Notes under the pieces: model-generated
What the model was told of the DNA's origin: nothing
The model's input: the letters and a program-made list of their open reading frames with translations, nothing else
The model's database searches: none
In this document: positions 1-11,368 of the stretch, in pieces
How the letters are laid out: the number at the start of each line of letters is the position of its first letter
Numbering within the stretch: position 1 is the first letter of the stretch
Position numbers and translations under genes: made by a program
Source: Octopus bimaculoides
Lineage: Eukaryota
Assembly: GCF_001194135.2 (NCBI RefSeq)
Contig: NC_068989.1
Span: forward strand, 89,457,260-89,504,124
DNA: 46,865 bases
Reading direction: 5' to 3'

Positions 1-59
1 ATATATATATATATATACGGACTAGTGTCCATATAAACCATATATAGTTCGTCTCATTA

Positions 60-287
60 TTTCTTTATTGTCCACAGTGGGCTAAGCATAGAGGGGACAA
101 ACAAGGACAAAGGGATTAAGTCGATTACATCGACCCCAGTGCGTAACTGGTACTTAATTTATCGAGTCTCGAAAGGATAAAAGGCAAAGTCAGCTACGAC
201 AGAATTTGAACTCAGAACGTAACGGTAGACGAAATACCGCTAGGTAGTTCGCCCGACGCGCTAAGGATTCTGCCAGCTCGCTGCCCG
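60..287 (-). mobile_element. tRNA-derived SINE, family A (tail type A1), full length
   Basis: Reverse complement of the family A consensus (GGCGAGCTGGCAGAA A-box-like head, GAGTTCAAATTC B-box). Flanked by a perfect 14-bp TSD AGTTCGTCTCATTA at 46-59 and 288-301. Confidence 0.9.
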
Positions 288-489
288 AGTTCGTCTCATT
301 AATACTGCCTGGCCTAATCGAGTTAGACCTATATTTAAAGATGTTCCAACCTTAACAATCTTCTCTTGTACGCCCTCTTCCCATCTGTCTGTCTCATACA
401 TACGCAACGTCATAAATATTCTGCAAACGGAACACATTCCTATACAAAATGGTGCAGTTTTACGCCCGCACACATACGAATTGCATTAC

Positions 490-575
490 ACTACAAACCG
501 AAGAGGAAGCCCCAACTTGGCCGCTAGATTTCCTAGAAACAGCAGGCAAAGTTCCCTCAAATCATATCTTGTGAA
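490..575 (+). mobile_element. Family E repeat fragment (probable SINE)
   Basis: CTAGAAACAGCAGGCAAAGTTCCCTCAAATCA matches the motif recurring at 12505, 12706, 22170, 24565 and 42155. Confidence 0.5.
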
Positions 576-625
576 ACGCCGTTGACTATAGGCTTACTTT
601 TGCTTAGTCAATATTGACCTGGCGT

Positions 626-839
626 AAGGCGGGGAGCTGGCAGAAAAGTTAGCACGTCAGGCGAAATGCTTCGTGATATTTCGTCTGTCTTTACGTTGAG
701 TTCAAATTCTGCCGTGGTCGACTTTGCCCTTTTATCCATTCGGGGTCGATAAATTAAGTACCAGTTGCGTACTGGAGTTGATCTAATCGACTGGCCCCCC
801 TCCCGTAAAATTTCCGGCCTTGTGCCTGGAGTAGAAAAT
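626..839 (+). mobile_element. tRNA-derived SINE, family A (tail type A2), full length
   Basis: Head GGCGGGGAGCTGGCAGAA, B-box GAGTTCAAATTC, core GTCGACTTTGCC...GGGTCGATAAATTAAGTACCAG. 16-bp TSD AATATTGAC(C/G)TGG(C/T)GT at 610-625 and 840-855. Confidence 0.9.
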
Positions 840-1008
840 AATATTGACGTGGTGTGCAACAACAGTATTACATAGCCACAAGTCAGTTAGCACCTAAACA
901 TGAGCAATCACGGACTAGTTATTGCATGAACAAGAACAATCACACGCCCGTACGCATTTATGGGACACACGTACAAGAGTGTCTACCTGTCTGCCTCCTC
1001 TCTCTTTC

Positions 1009-1039
<31 letters not shown>

Positions 1040-1044
1040 CCCTC

Positions 1045-1324
1045 GGAGTGGCTGTACGGTAAGAAGCTTGCTTCCCAACCACATGGTTCCGGGTTCAGTC
1101 CCACTGCGTGGCACCTTGTGCAAGTGTCTTCTACTGTAGCCTCAGGCCGACCAGAGCCTTGTGAGTGGATTTGGTAGACGGAAACTGAAAGAAGCCCGTC
1201 CTATACATATACCTATATATAGTATAAGTACTAGGCTTACAAAGAATAAGTCCTGGGTCGATTTGTTCGACTAAAGGCGGTGCTCCGTCATGGCCGCAGT
1301 CAACTGACTGAAACAAGTAAAAGA
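1045..1324 (+). mobile_element. tRNA-derived SINE, family B (CORE-like), internally deleted
   Basis: Head GGCTGTACGGTAAGAAG...GGGTTCAGTCCC, then GGCACCTTG(G/T)GCAAGTGTCTT, which resembles the CORE motif GTGACCTTGGGCAAGTCACTT. Ends ACTGAAACAAGTAAAAGA and lacks the middle segment present in the 4080 copy. Confidence 0.9.
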
Positions 1325-1533
1325 CAAAATTTAAAAAAAATATGCATATATACGTACGTATATGTACATACATCTATACGTATATGTATATATATTAGTC
1401 TTGATAGGTAACAGCTTTTATCGCATGAATTTTATGCTGGCACATATTTTGGCATGCACACATTATCTGAAGTGTGTGTGTGCATGCATTTGTACATTTA
1501 GTGAGAAATGTATTATCTGTGTAAATAGATACG

Positions 1534-1833
1534 CAGTGGCGGACTGGCCATGTTGCCAGCTTGCCCTTTGACCAGTGTGCCCCTGCGCCATTAGAATCCA
1601 TATATGGGGGTCTATGTTAGTATCTAAGGGGCCCGTCCTCTCAAGTTTGATAATTTTTTATTCATTCCTGGAAGAATGCATTGATTACTTCAGCCTGGCT
1701 GTGTTTGTAGACAGTTGAAAAGAATACTTTCAACCAAAAAAAAAAAAAAAAAGATTAAACGATAGCATTGTAGTTGCGGGTGGGCCCCCTTAGTCTCCTG
1801 GCAACCAATATTTTTAGACTCAGGCCTCCACTG
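1534..1833. mobile_element. hAT-superfamily MITE (300 bp)
   Basis: TIRs CAGTGGCGGACTG and rc CAGTGGAGGCCTG (11/13). 8-bp TSD TAGATACG (1526-1533) / TAGATATG (1834-1841), differing by one CpG-type change; 8-bp TSDs are typical of hAT elements. Confidence 0.85.
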
Positions 1834-1943
1834 TAGATATGTATGGCTTGTTGTTGCGTGAGTGTGTTTGTTCTTCATAACTGATGGCTGAGGTGAACAA
1901 AAGAATCAACAACAAAAACCAAAGCAGGAACCCTGTCAAGGAA

Positions 1944-2646
1944 NNNNNNNNNNNNNNNNNNNNNNNNNNNNNNNNNNNNNNNNNNNNNNNNNNNNNNNNN
2001 NNNNNNNNNNNNNNNNNNNNNNNNNNNNNNNNNNNNNNNNNNNNNNNNNNNNNNNNNNNNNNNNNNNNNNNNNNNNNNNNNNNNNNNNNNNNNNNNNNNN
2101 NNNNNNNNNNNNNNNNNNNNNNNNNNNNNNNNNNNNNNNNNNNNNNNNNNNNNNNNNNNNNNNNNNNNNNNNNNNNNNNNNNNNNNNNNNNNNNNNNNNN
2201 NNNNNNNNNNNNNNNNNNNNNNNNNNNNNNNNNNNNNNNNNNNNNNNNNNNNNNNNNNNNNNNNNNNNNNNNNNNNNNNNNNNNNNNNNNNNNNNNNNNN
2301 NNNNNNNNNNNNNNNNNNNNNNNNNNNNNNNNNNNNNNNNNNNNNNNNNNNNNNNNNNNNNNNNNNNNNNNNNNNNNNNNNNNNNNNNNNNNNNNNNNNN
2401 NNNNNNNNNNNNNNNNNNNNNNNNNNNNNNNNNNNNNNNNNNNNNNNNNNNNNNNNNNNNNNNNNNNNNNNNNNNNNNNNNNNNNNNNNNNNNNNNNNNN
2501 NNNNNNNNNNNNNNNNNNNNNNNNNNNNNNNNNNNNNNNNNNNNNNNNNNNNNNNNNNNNNNNNNNNNNNNNNNNNNNNNNNNNNNNNNNNNNNNNNNNN
2601 NNNNNNNNNNNNNNNNNNNNNNNNNNNNNNNNNNNNNNNNNNNNNN
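1944..2646. other. Assembly gap (N run)
   Basis: Run of N. The other gaps are 4848-5595, 7585-7706, 15715-15978, 18234-18570, 21127-21327, 25671-25859, 27878-28818, 29929-30061, 32923-33212 and 34821-35140. Confidence 1.
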
Positions 2647-2835
2647 AAAAATCTGAAAAAAGTTTAAAATGAAGAAATTGCCGATTTTTGCCATTGCCAA
2701 TTTTTTGGCAAATTCGTATTCTCCGTAGTCGAAAACGGGGGTCTGTGTAGAAAAAAATAAAATAAATAAATAAAAAGGGGTGTTTGGGGGGGGGGCGGTG
2801 TACAAAAAGAAGTCTTGCCTGGTTGGGAACCACTG
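2647..2835. mobile_element. Right end of a hAT/Charlie-type non-autonomous element
   Basis: Ends in GGTTGGGAACCACTG (rc CAGTGGTTCCCAACC, Charlie/MER5-type TIR). The left end is not visible and is presumably in the gap. Confidence 0.55.
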
Positions 2836-3059
2836 CACTACAACGGCAACAACAAGAACAATAAGTAAAGGTAAGAACGATTATCTCGATAAAACGCCTC
2901 CTAATCGAGTGTAAGTGGCGTCGATAAGTATAATCGACAATAAAACCCCGATGCGTAACGTATCTGTAATCTGTATCTATAATCAGGAAGTTTATTGTTT
3001 TTCCTTCAAATGTCCGAGCGGAGTACAAAATGTAGAGCAACCAGACGCCCTCGCCGAGT

Positions 3060-3245
3060 CCCGCATTAAAAATTCTTCAAGTTCCGTCTCAGTCGACCTC
3101 GCTTTTCATCCTGTCCAGATCGATAAAATCGATTATACTCGTGAACCCCCAGAGCGGTTGATTATCGACCTTATATGTATTATATCGATCGTTATTATAA
3201 TCAATTATAACCTTCCCCACCCCCAAACACTTGCGGTTTTGTAAC
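3060..3245 (+). mobile_element. Old, diverged family A SINE
   Basis: TTCAAGTTCCGTCTCAGTCGACCTCGCTTTTCATCCTGTCCAGATCGATAAAAT aligns to the A core. Confidence 0.5.
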
Positions 3246-3454
3246 TTATTAATCATTATCACATTTAACTTTACGGATGAAAAGAAGAAAAAAAAACCTT
3301 TCGATATCTAGTTACGTCCCTTTACATATTTATCTCCTGGGTTATTAAAAAAAAACATCGGGCTCGACTCCTATTTCTTTCGGGCTTGATAGCCAGACTC
3401 TTCCCAACATTTGTAGCCATTGCTTATTGTAGCTTATTGCTTATATATTATATA

Positions 3455-3563
3455 TTCATCCTTTCGGGGTCGATAAAATAAGTACCTGTTGAATACTAGG
3501 GTCGATGTAATCGACTATCCCACTCCCCACAAATTTCAGGCCTTTGTGCCTATAATAGAAAGG

Positions 3564-3566
<3 letters not shown>
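3455..3566 (+). mobile_element. Family A SINE, 3' half (A2 tail)
   Basis: TTCATCCTTTCGGGGTCGATAAAATAAGTACC through to TAGAAAGGATT, running straight into (ATT)n. Confidence 0.85.

Positions 3567-3630
<64 letters not shown>
3564..3630. repeat. (ATT)22 microsatellite
   Basis: Pure trinucleotide run at the SINE tail. Confidence 0.95.
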
Positions 3631-3633
<3 letters not shown>

Positions 3634-3635
3634 GA

Positions 3636-3829
3636 AGGTAGCATGGCGAGCAAAATGCTTAGCTGCATTTAGTTCGTCTGTACGTTCTGAGTTCAAATTC
3701 CGCCGAGGTCGACTTTGCCTTTCATCCTTTCGGGGGCGATAAATTAAATACCAGTTGTGTACTGGGTCGATGTAATCGACTGCCCCCCTCCCACCAAATT
3801 TCAGGCCTTGTGCATAGAGTAGAAAAGGA

Positions 3830-3863
<34 letters not shown>
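3636..3863 (+). mobile_element. Family A SINE (A2 tail) with (ATT)n tail
   Basis: B-box GAGTTCAAATTCC, intact core and tail, (ATT)n at 3831-3863. Confidence 0.85.
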
Positions 3864-3914
3864 TCTTTAATAAGCAGCGAAGGACAGAAAATGAAGAGGA
3901 GGGCCAGTATTTGT

Positions 3915-4070
3915 GAGTTTACGTCCCTGTAGTTTAGCGGCTCGGCATAAGACATCGATAGAATAAGAGCCAAGATTTAGAAAAAAGTCCTGGAGTAGAT
4001 TCGTTCGACTTGAACCGATTCAAAGTGGTCCGTATGACCGCGGTCCGATGGTGAAACAAACGAAGGATGA
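3915..4070 (+). mobile_element. Family B SINE, diverged 3' half
   Basis: TTTACGTCCCTGTAGTTTAGCGGCTCGGC...GATAGAATAAG...TTCGTTCGACT...GTGAAACAAAC. Confidence 0.7.
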
Positions 4071-4079
4071 ACTATATAT

Positions 4080-4402
4080 AGGCGCAAGCTGGCTGTGTGG
4101 CAAGAGGCTTGCTTCCCAGCCACTTGGTTCTGGGTTCAGTCCCACTGCGTGGCACCTTGGGCAAGTGTCTTCTGCTATAGCCTCGGGTCGGCCAAAGCCT
4201 TGTGAGTGGATTTGGTAGACGGAAACTGGAAGAAGCCTGTCGTGTATTTGTGTGTCTGTGTTTGTCCTCCCGCCATCGCTTGACAACCGATGCTGGTGTG
4301 TTTACGTCCCCGTATCTTAGCGGTTCGGCAAAAGAGGTGATAGAATAAGTATTAGGCTTACAAAAAATAAGTCCTGGGGGTCGATTTGCTCGACTAAAGG
4401 CG
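4080..4402 (+). mobile_element. Family B SINE, near full length, 3' truncated
   Basis: Head AGGCGCAAGCTGGCTGTGTGG, CORE-like segment, TG-rich middle, ends CGACTAAAGGCG. Confidence 0.9.
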
Positions 4403-4627
4403 CTATATACAGAGGGAGAGAGAGGGGGTGTAGCCAGAGGAGGCGGTACAGTAAGCATGATCATTGCAGACCTTAGATTGATGAGATCGAGGCAGCTGAT
4501 GCCCAGTCTGAACATCTGCAGCAAAAAAATGTGGGAGAGGGAGAGGTGAGTCTTCTTGTCGTCTGGTTCGAATGCTTGCAACTCCGCTGAAAGTTCATTG
4601 TTCTGGGAGCGGTAATAACAGAGATCA

Positions 4628-4790
4628 GTTGTTGTTGTTGTTTAGCCCTTGGTCAGCCCCCAATCGGACAGGCATTTAAATTAAAGCGCTCCTGCTTGTA
4701 GGGAACACGGGACTATGTCATTCAAAGTGTCCTTTTCTTTTTCAACTTTTAAAATGGCAGGGTGTTCTGATTTGAAGGATATTTAGCTAA
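4628..4790 (-). mobile_element. Family E repeat with (AAC)n tail
   Basis: (GTT)n-TTTAGCCC tail on the + strand, and TGATTTGAAGGATATTTAGCT, the rc of the E motif. Confidence 0.55.
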
Positions 4791-4791
4791 G

Positions 4792-4847
<56 letters not shown>

Positions 4848-6190
4848 NNNNNNNNNNNNNNNNNNNNNNNNNNNNNNNNNNNNNNNNNNNNNNNNNNNNN
4901 NNNNNNNNNNNNNNNNNNNNNNNNNNNNNNNNNNNNNNNNNNNNNNNNNNNNNNNNNNNNNNNNNNNNNNNNNNNNNNNNNNNNNNNNNNNNNNNNNNNN
5001 NNNNNNNNNNNNNNNNNNNNNNNNNNNNNNNNNNNNNNNNNNNNNNNNNNNNNNNNNNNNNNNNNNNNNNNNNNNNNNNNNNNNNNNNNNNNNNNNNNNN
5101 NNNNNNNNNNNNNNNNNNNNNNNNNNNNNNNNNNNNNNNNNNNNNNNNNNNNNNNNNNNNNNNNNNNNNNNNNNNNNNNNNNNNNNNNNNNNNNNNNNNN
5201 NNNNNNNNNNNNNNNNNNNNNNNNNNNNNNNNNNNNNNNNNNNNNNNNNNNNNNNNNNNNNNNNNNNNNNNNNNNNNNNNNNNNNNNNNNNNNNNNNNNN
5301 NNNNNNNNNNNNNNNNNNNNNNNNNNNNNNNNNNNNNNNNNNNNNNNNNNNNNNNNNNNNNNNNNNNNNNNNNNNNNNNNNNNNNNNNNNNNNNNNNNNN
5401 NNNNNNNNNNNNNNNNNNNNNNNNNNNNNNNNNNNNNNNNNNNNNNNNNNNNNNNNNNNNNNNNNNNNNNNNNNNNNNNNNNNNNNNNNNNNNNNNNNNN
5501 NNNNNNNNNNNNNNNNNNNNNNNNNNNNNNNNNNNNNNNNNNNNNNNNNNNNNNNNNNNNNNNNNNNNNNNNNNNNNNNNNNNNNNNNNNNNNNNNTATA
5601 TATGTGTGTGTGTGTGTGTCTGTGTACAGAAAAAGAGAGAGAGTGTGTGTGTGTATGTGTGTCCTAGTGATCAGGTGGTAGGTGTACGAGAAAATGCTTT
5701 GATATCTATTAATGTTTTTGTAAAAATAAAAGTATAAGTTGATATAAGTGTGCGAATATAATATTGATAAGTTGCAAACTCTCCCACGATTAAATTGTTT
5801 AATTTGCCTCCATCTCACAAATGCAAACTAAATCTTTTGCCACAGAAATGGCTTCTGAAACTACGGAATATAAATGTGTAGCTTTAATTTTTTCTTTATT
5901 TCTTTTTTGTCCCAATTTCTTTTTACACTACAAATGTTCGTTCATAGACGAGTTTAAACGTAGAAAACTTTGTGCGTATGCGCATATTTTTTAGATTAAA
6001 TATTTCAAAGGCTTTTATATATTTATACAACTGGTATATATTTTGTAAGCAATAATTTAAGATAGAAAAATAGCAACGAACTTTTGATGAGAATTAAGCC
6101 ACGCATCTCTTAGCGCGTTCGTGTGTGTATTCTTATTTTTATTATTATTAATGGGCAGAAGTTGTATTTTCCTGTTTGCATCACCAAATC

Positions 6191-6247
<57 letters not shown>

Positions 6248-6769
6248 GTGTGCACATGTATGGATGTATATTTATATCTGTATCTAATGACTAATTAAAT
6301 GTAAAATAAATGTTTTGGGTTTTGTTTTTGAAATATCTCTTATTGGGTTCTCTTGTTGCATAAACAAAAAGAAAAGGACCATTGGTTTCGTTTTTCATGC
6401 AGCAATTTACAGCTACAATCATCCGCGTATAATGCAATGTTAGTGTTTCAAAAAAAAAAAAAAAAAAAAAAAATTCAATCTGCTTTCCCTCCAAATTTGT
6501 GGCCTTGTGTCAGTATTGGTTTGTTGTTGGATGTTCAAATCCCACCGAACTCCATTTGGTCCTTCATACCAGTGGGGGTGGTTGGGTGGGGTGTCGATAA
6601 CTTACGTAGCAGACATACATTAGAGTGAATTCCTTAGGCCTTAGTAAAACTTATCAACCTTTTGGGTTTTAGCGGTTTATATTTACGTTGTACTTGTTTG
6701 TGGCAAATGAATTGATAGAGTACAGAGTTAAAGCAGAATGATAAGCAAAAATGCAAGTGGTCCTAATGT

Positions 6770-6905
6770 TCAAACCCACCTGGGCCAACTTTACCTTGCA
6801 TTCTTCCGAGGTTAATAGAAAGAATACAGTCAAGTCCTGACGTCAAAATAATCGACCCTTTCTTCCCATCAAAATTCTTGGCCGTGTGTCTATATTAAAA
6901 ATTAT
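6770..6905 (+). mobile_element. Diverged family A SINE
   Basis: GTTCAAACCCACCTGGGCCAACTTTACCTTGCATTCTTCCGAGGTTAATA...AAAATTCTTGGCCGTGTGTC followed by ATT repeats. Confidence 0.55.
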
Positions 6906-7543
6906 TATTGTTGTCGTTGTTTGACCCCTGATGTATGATCAGCGATTTGTTAGCTGACCCCAATCAGATTTGTTTTCAGGTAGTGTGCTTATTGTACTAT
7001 ATTGTACAGTATACAAGCCTGTTATATGTACACTGCCGGTACATTGTCATTTTACAAAGATATGGCTCTTATTTCTAGCAGGTCGAACGACCACATTGAA
7101 AGTAAGCTCTGTCGTTGTCTCTGACAGGATGCGTAGGTTGGGAAAACACTGAGGAAAGTGGGTTGGTAGGTGTAGCCAGCCATTGGTGTCTGCTTGAAAA
7201 CAAGAGCTGGCAAAACTCAATAGCTAATAGATGACCGTAAATGAGCGAGCGTAGTATATACATACATGCCTATATACACGCATATATATATATATATACA
7301 CGTGTGTATGTGCGTGCATGTGGAGAAAGGGGTGACAGTGCTTTTTGTATGGTGTTTCACAATGTGTCTAAATACATCATCTGATGTAACAAGCTGCCAT
7401 CGTCATGTTACGTTCGAGCTGGCGTGTTTATATTTTATCGTGCACGCGCGCACAGGCGTGCCAGTCTGTGTCTGTCTTCTTCTCTCTCTCTCTTCGCATA
7501 CACATACGTACACACATCTCATGTGTTTTTGTGTGCATATAAT

Positions 7544-7584
<41 letters not shown>

Positions 7585-7717
7585 NNNNNNNNNNNNNNNN
7601 NNNNNNNNNNNNNNNNNNNNNNNNNNNNNNNNNNNNNNNNNNNNNNNNNNNNNNNNNNNNNNNNNNNNNNNNNNNNNNNNNNNNNNNNNNNNNNNNNNNN
7701 NNNNNNATATATTATAG

Positions 7718-7910
7718 TCATCATTTAACGTCCATCCGTCATAATCCTGGAAACCAGAGGATCGCGTTGAGCTCCAATGTCTGCTTAGGCAAGTTTTCTA
7801 CAGCTTGATGCTCTTACTGGCGCCAACCACTTTACAGGGCGTACTCGAGCGCTTTTTTCCCCCGTGGCATCACCTAGTGAAGTCACCAAGTAACTGGCAA
7901 AGCAAGACCC
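7718..7910 (-). mobile_element. Family D retroposon 3' end (RTE-like tail)
   Basis: TCATCATTTAACGTCC...TTTCTACAGCTTGATGCTCTTACTGGCGCCAACCAC is homologous to 31414-31560. Confidence 0.65.
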
Positions 7911-8050
7911 CTTGACAGATTGAGAGAAGGTCTTTGTGCCTGATGTCGGGAAGCTAAAGCATGAAGAGCGGGTGTCTTACTGTAGAGGAAACACAGGACT
8001 GTTACAGCAGGAAAGGGAGAAATGAGATGTCGGGGCGCACACTTAAGATA

Positions 8051-8181
8051 CAAAAGGGTGTATAATGATAGAATTGGGGCAAAGAGAATCGGGGCCAACT
8101 GATTGGATACGTTCACAAAAAGGTGTATAAAGATAAAATTGGGGCAAAGTGAATCGGGGCCAACTGGATGGATACGTTCAC
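8051..8181. repeat. Tandem duplication, 2 x about 65 bp
   Basis: AAAAGGGTGTATAATGATAGAATTGGGGCAAAGAGAATCGGGGCCAACTGATTGGATACGTTCAC repeated with a few substitutions. Confidence 0.9.
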
Positions 8182-10336
8182 GAAATTGTGAAAGAAGAGT
8201 GACAGACTGTAGAAATGAGAGTAGTGAATGTAGTGAATGGCGAACATTGGGTGGAGATGTGGACAATGGTGAATCTCAGTTCGAGGGAAGGAATTGGTTA
8301 GGGAGGTGGTGGTAATCGGCAATGCTTAAAAAGCGAGTCGGAGAGTAACAAACATCTTAATAAAAACGTTGATACATGAGACATGGGGGGAAATGACGGG
8401 AAGTGTGGTGGAGAAAGAAGGTATACAGTGGCAGGGACGGAAGTTAGTGGCACGTAGAGAAGGATATAGTGCGTAACAAAAAAAGGGGGCATTAATGGAA
8501 GATATGAGATACTATTCAGAGGAAAAGGGCTTAATTGAATCTCTATTTCCTTCCTCTCTTCTTCGCTCTCAGTTGGAGAACAAGATCCTAATCTCTTCTC
8601 GAAATTCCCTTCAGAATATCTGATGCCATTGAAGAACTTCACGGGTTTTTTTAAGATTTCAGATTTTACCCCCTAAACCTTCCCTGTTCATTTATAATAT
8701 GTCTCTAAGTCTTGCTGATGGTATTTTCCCTCTTCTCGTGTTTCGCTGTGTTTGTTGTTGCTTTGTTGCAGATCAGGACTGACCTAGATCAAAACAACAA
8801 GCTCCGAACAGTTCCGGCCTTACTGGAACTCCTCAGCAAAGTATAATTTTTCTCGTAGTTACAAGGCTGTGGAATAACTGACAATATATCGGTTTTATTA
8901 AAAGCGCGCGCACCCCACCTCTCTCTCTTTATTGGAAGTTGAAAATTTCGCAAATTGTTACTTTCCTGTATCTGATTTCCAGACGTAGGGGATGAATAGA
9001 ATGAGAAAAAATACAAAAAAGAATAACAGAACACGCAGAAAAAAATTCGTAATTGATAAGTTTTGAGTGTGTGTTAAAAAATCCTGTTAGATCACTTACG
9101 TTAAAGTTCCTATATGTTTCAAATACTTATTTGTAATATTTTCATTAAAATTTATATATTTAAAATACTTATCGAGCGGGGCACAGTGGAGGGGGGGGGG
9201 GCAAACAAAACAAAATAATGAAAGCATGCTGAAAAATTATGCTTGTTTGAGGAAAAAGACGTGAATGTTATTAGAACTGTTGAATTAAGTAGGTATGCAA
9301 TTACATTCTATATAAAATATATTTAAAATATGTATTTGTGTATATGCGATAATTACATATGTATAATAAATTCATGCGAGGTAAATTTTTTCTGTAAAAC
9401 TATAAAATTACGAGTATGTGGGTAAAAAAAAAAAAAAAACCCATAAAAAATCCGGTGTTTTTGAAAATTTTTAACAGTATTTTCCGCCATACAAGTCGGT
9501 GTAGTATACATTTGGTATAGACATTCAAATATTGTCATTATCTTCGAAATCCTGCTGCATTCCACAGAGAATTTTTGGTGTATACGTCGATCTCCCTTTT
9601 TAGGAGTTGTAAATTTTGGTCTCAAAGATTCGCCTTGTACGCCGGAAAATATAGTAATTAAGCATAATGAATTGAAAATGCGTGGAATTGATTATGAACA
9701 AAATAAAATTAAAAAGGAATTTTCGTGTAAAGAAGATAAGTATATGCAAATACTTAGGTACTAATGGCGGAAAGAAACAAAATGGATGTCAAGTTTAGCG
9801 GCAACACACTGCATAGTAAAATTGATTTTGACATTATCGATCAAGAAGGTATTTAAGAACTCCAAAAGTTCCTTAGGGCCGTATTTATAAGAATATAAAA
9901 TATTAGAACTTATCCGGGAACAAAATAACTTTTCAGAGAGACATGACTGACAGCGCATGTTTGATTGAAAATTCGTGGCCATGGGATGACGCTAGCTCTA
10001 AAATATTCTAAAAGATTTTAAATGTATGTGTGCTTGTTCTTTCGCAAAAGCGAGATGTATTGAGTTGTCATATAAATTCGTTCGTTATTCTTTTTTAAAA
10101 AATGTTTTTTTTTTTTTGTTTCTTTTATTTTCCTCCATATTTCATCAACATTTGTGACAAGTCAGTCAACAATATATATTCTCCTTCTTTCTTCATGACT
10201 TCTTGGCCAACGTTCCACTATCTATTCTTGAACAGTAGAATCCGAGCAATTAGTGAGTATAAATAGTTGAAGAATAGAAGAAATTGGTGGCGGACACACC
10301 GAATATGTGCCTCCTTCTTTTTGTTTTATTTTTCCA

Positions 10337-10572
10337 TCTTTTACTTGTTTCGGTCATTTGACTGCGGCCATGCCGGAGCATCGTCTTTAGTTGAGAAAAT
10401 CGACCCCGGGACTTATTCTTTGTAAGCCTAGTACTTATTCTATCGGTCTCTTTTTGCCGAACCGCTAAGTTACGGCTATAGTAGAAGACTCTTGCCCAAG
10501 GTGCCACGCAGAGTGACTGAACCTGGAACCATGTGAATGGGAAGCAAGCTTCTTACCACATAACCACGCCTA
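10337..10572 (-). mobile_element. Family B SINE, internal-deletion variant
   Basis: Both head and 3' end are present; the junction CGCTAAGTTACGG|CTATAGTAGAAGAC removes the middle. Confidence 0.9.
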
Positions 10573-10586
10573 TATATATTGTTGCC

Positions 10587-10702
<116 letters not shown>

Positions 10703-11143
10703 TATTTAGGGTAAGCATAAGACATTAATAAAGCAACTTGTCAACGAAAGGCTTTTATCATTACGAGATATATAAAAATACGTATTTTAGCAATGGAAGC
10801 AGTATTAGTTCAAAATAGCGTTCTGTATATCTTACTCAACGTGGATATACAATAAAATTATTTTTGATAGCATTTTGTTAACAACAGTAGCGAAATATTT
10901 CTTCCATAGCTTAGTCAGTGATTTTTAGCTATGTGCGTTCTTCAGGTGACAAAAAATCATGAGCGGTCTCTTAAAGAAACATCACAGATAGCAAGAAACT
11001 CATGAGTCGTCCAACACAGTGTGAATCATCAGCTTGGAACAAATAAACTCTATGACATGTGTAGACTCCATGGAGGAGTTACAATGAAGTTTAAATTATC
11101 TTTGCCCTCTTTGTGCATCTAAACCTAATTCTGTTTTTATACA

Positions 11144-11368
11144 TCTTTTATCTTTTACTTGCTTCAGTCATTGGACTACGACCATGCTGCGTTACTTCCC
11201 TTGAAGGGTTTAGTCGAACAAAATGATCCCAGACTTCCTTTTTTCTCAGGTTTGGCGCTTATTTTATCGGGTTCATTTATCGAACCGTTATGCTACGGGG
11301 ATGTAAACAAACCAGCATCAGTTGTCAAGCAGTGGGAACGGGGAACACACAAAAACAGTAACACATGC
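11144..11368 (-). mobile_element. Family B SINE, 3' portion
   Basis: TCTTTTACTTGCTTCAGTCA...TAGTCGAACAAA...GTAAACAAACCAGCATCAGTTGTCAAGC. Confidence 0.8.

Noticed and set aside
8772-8846. Candidate exon IRTDLDQNNKLRTVPALLELLSK
   Set aside because: Its first 30 nt match the family E tail (GATCAGG.CTGACCT...AAACAACAA), and the donor is weak.
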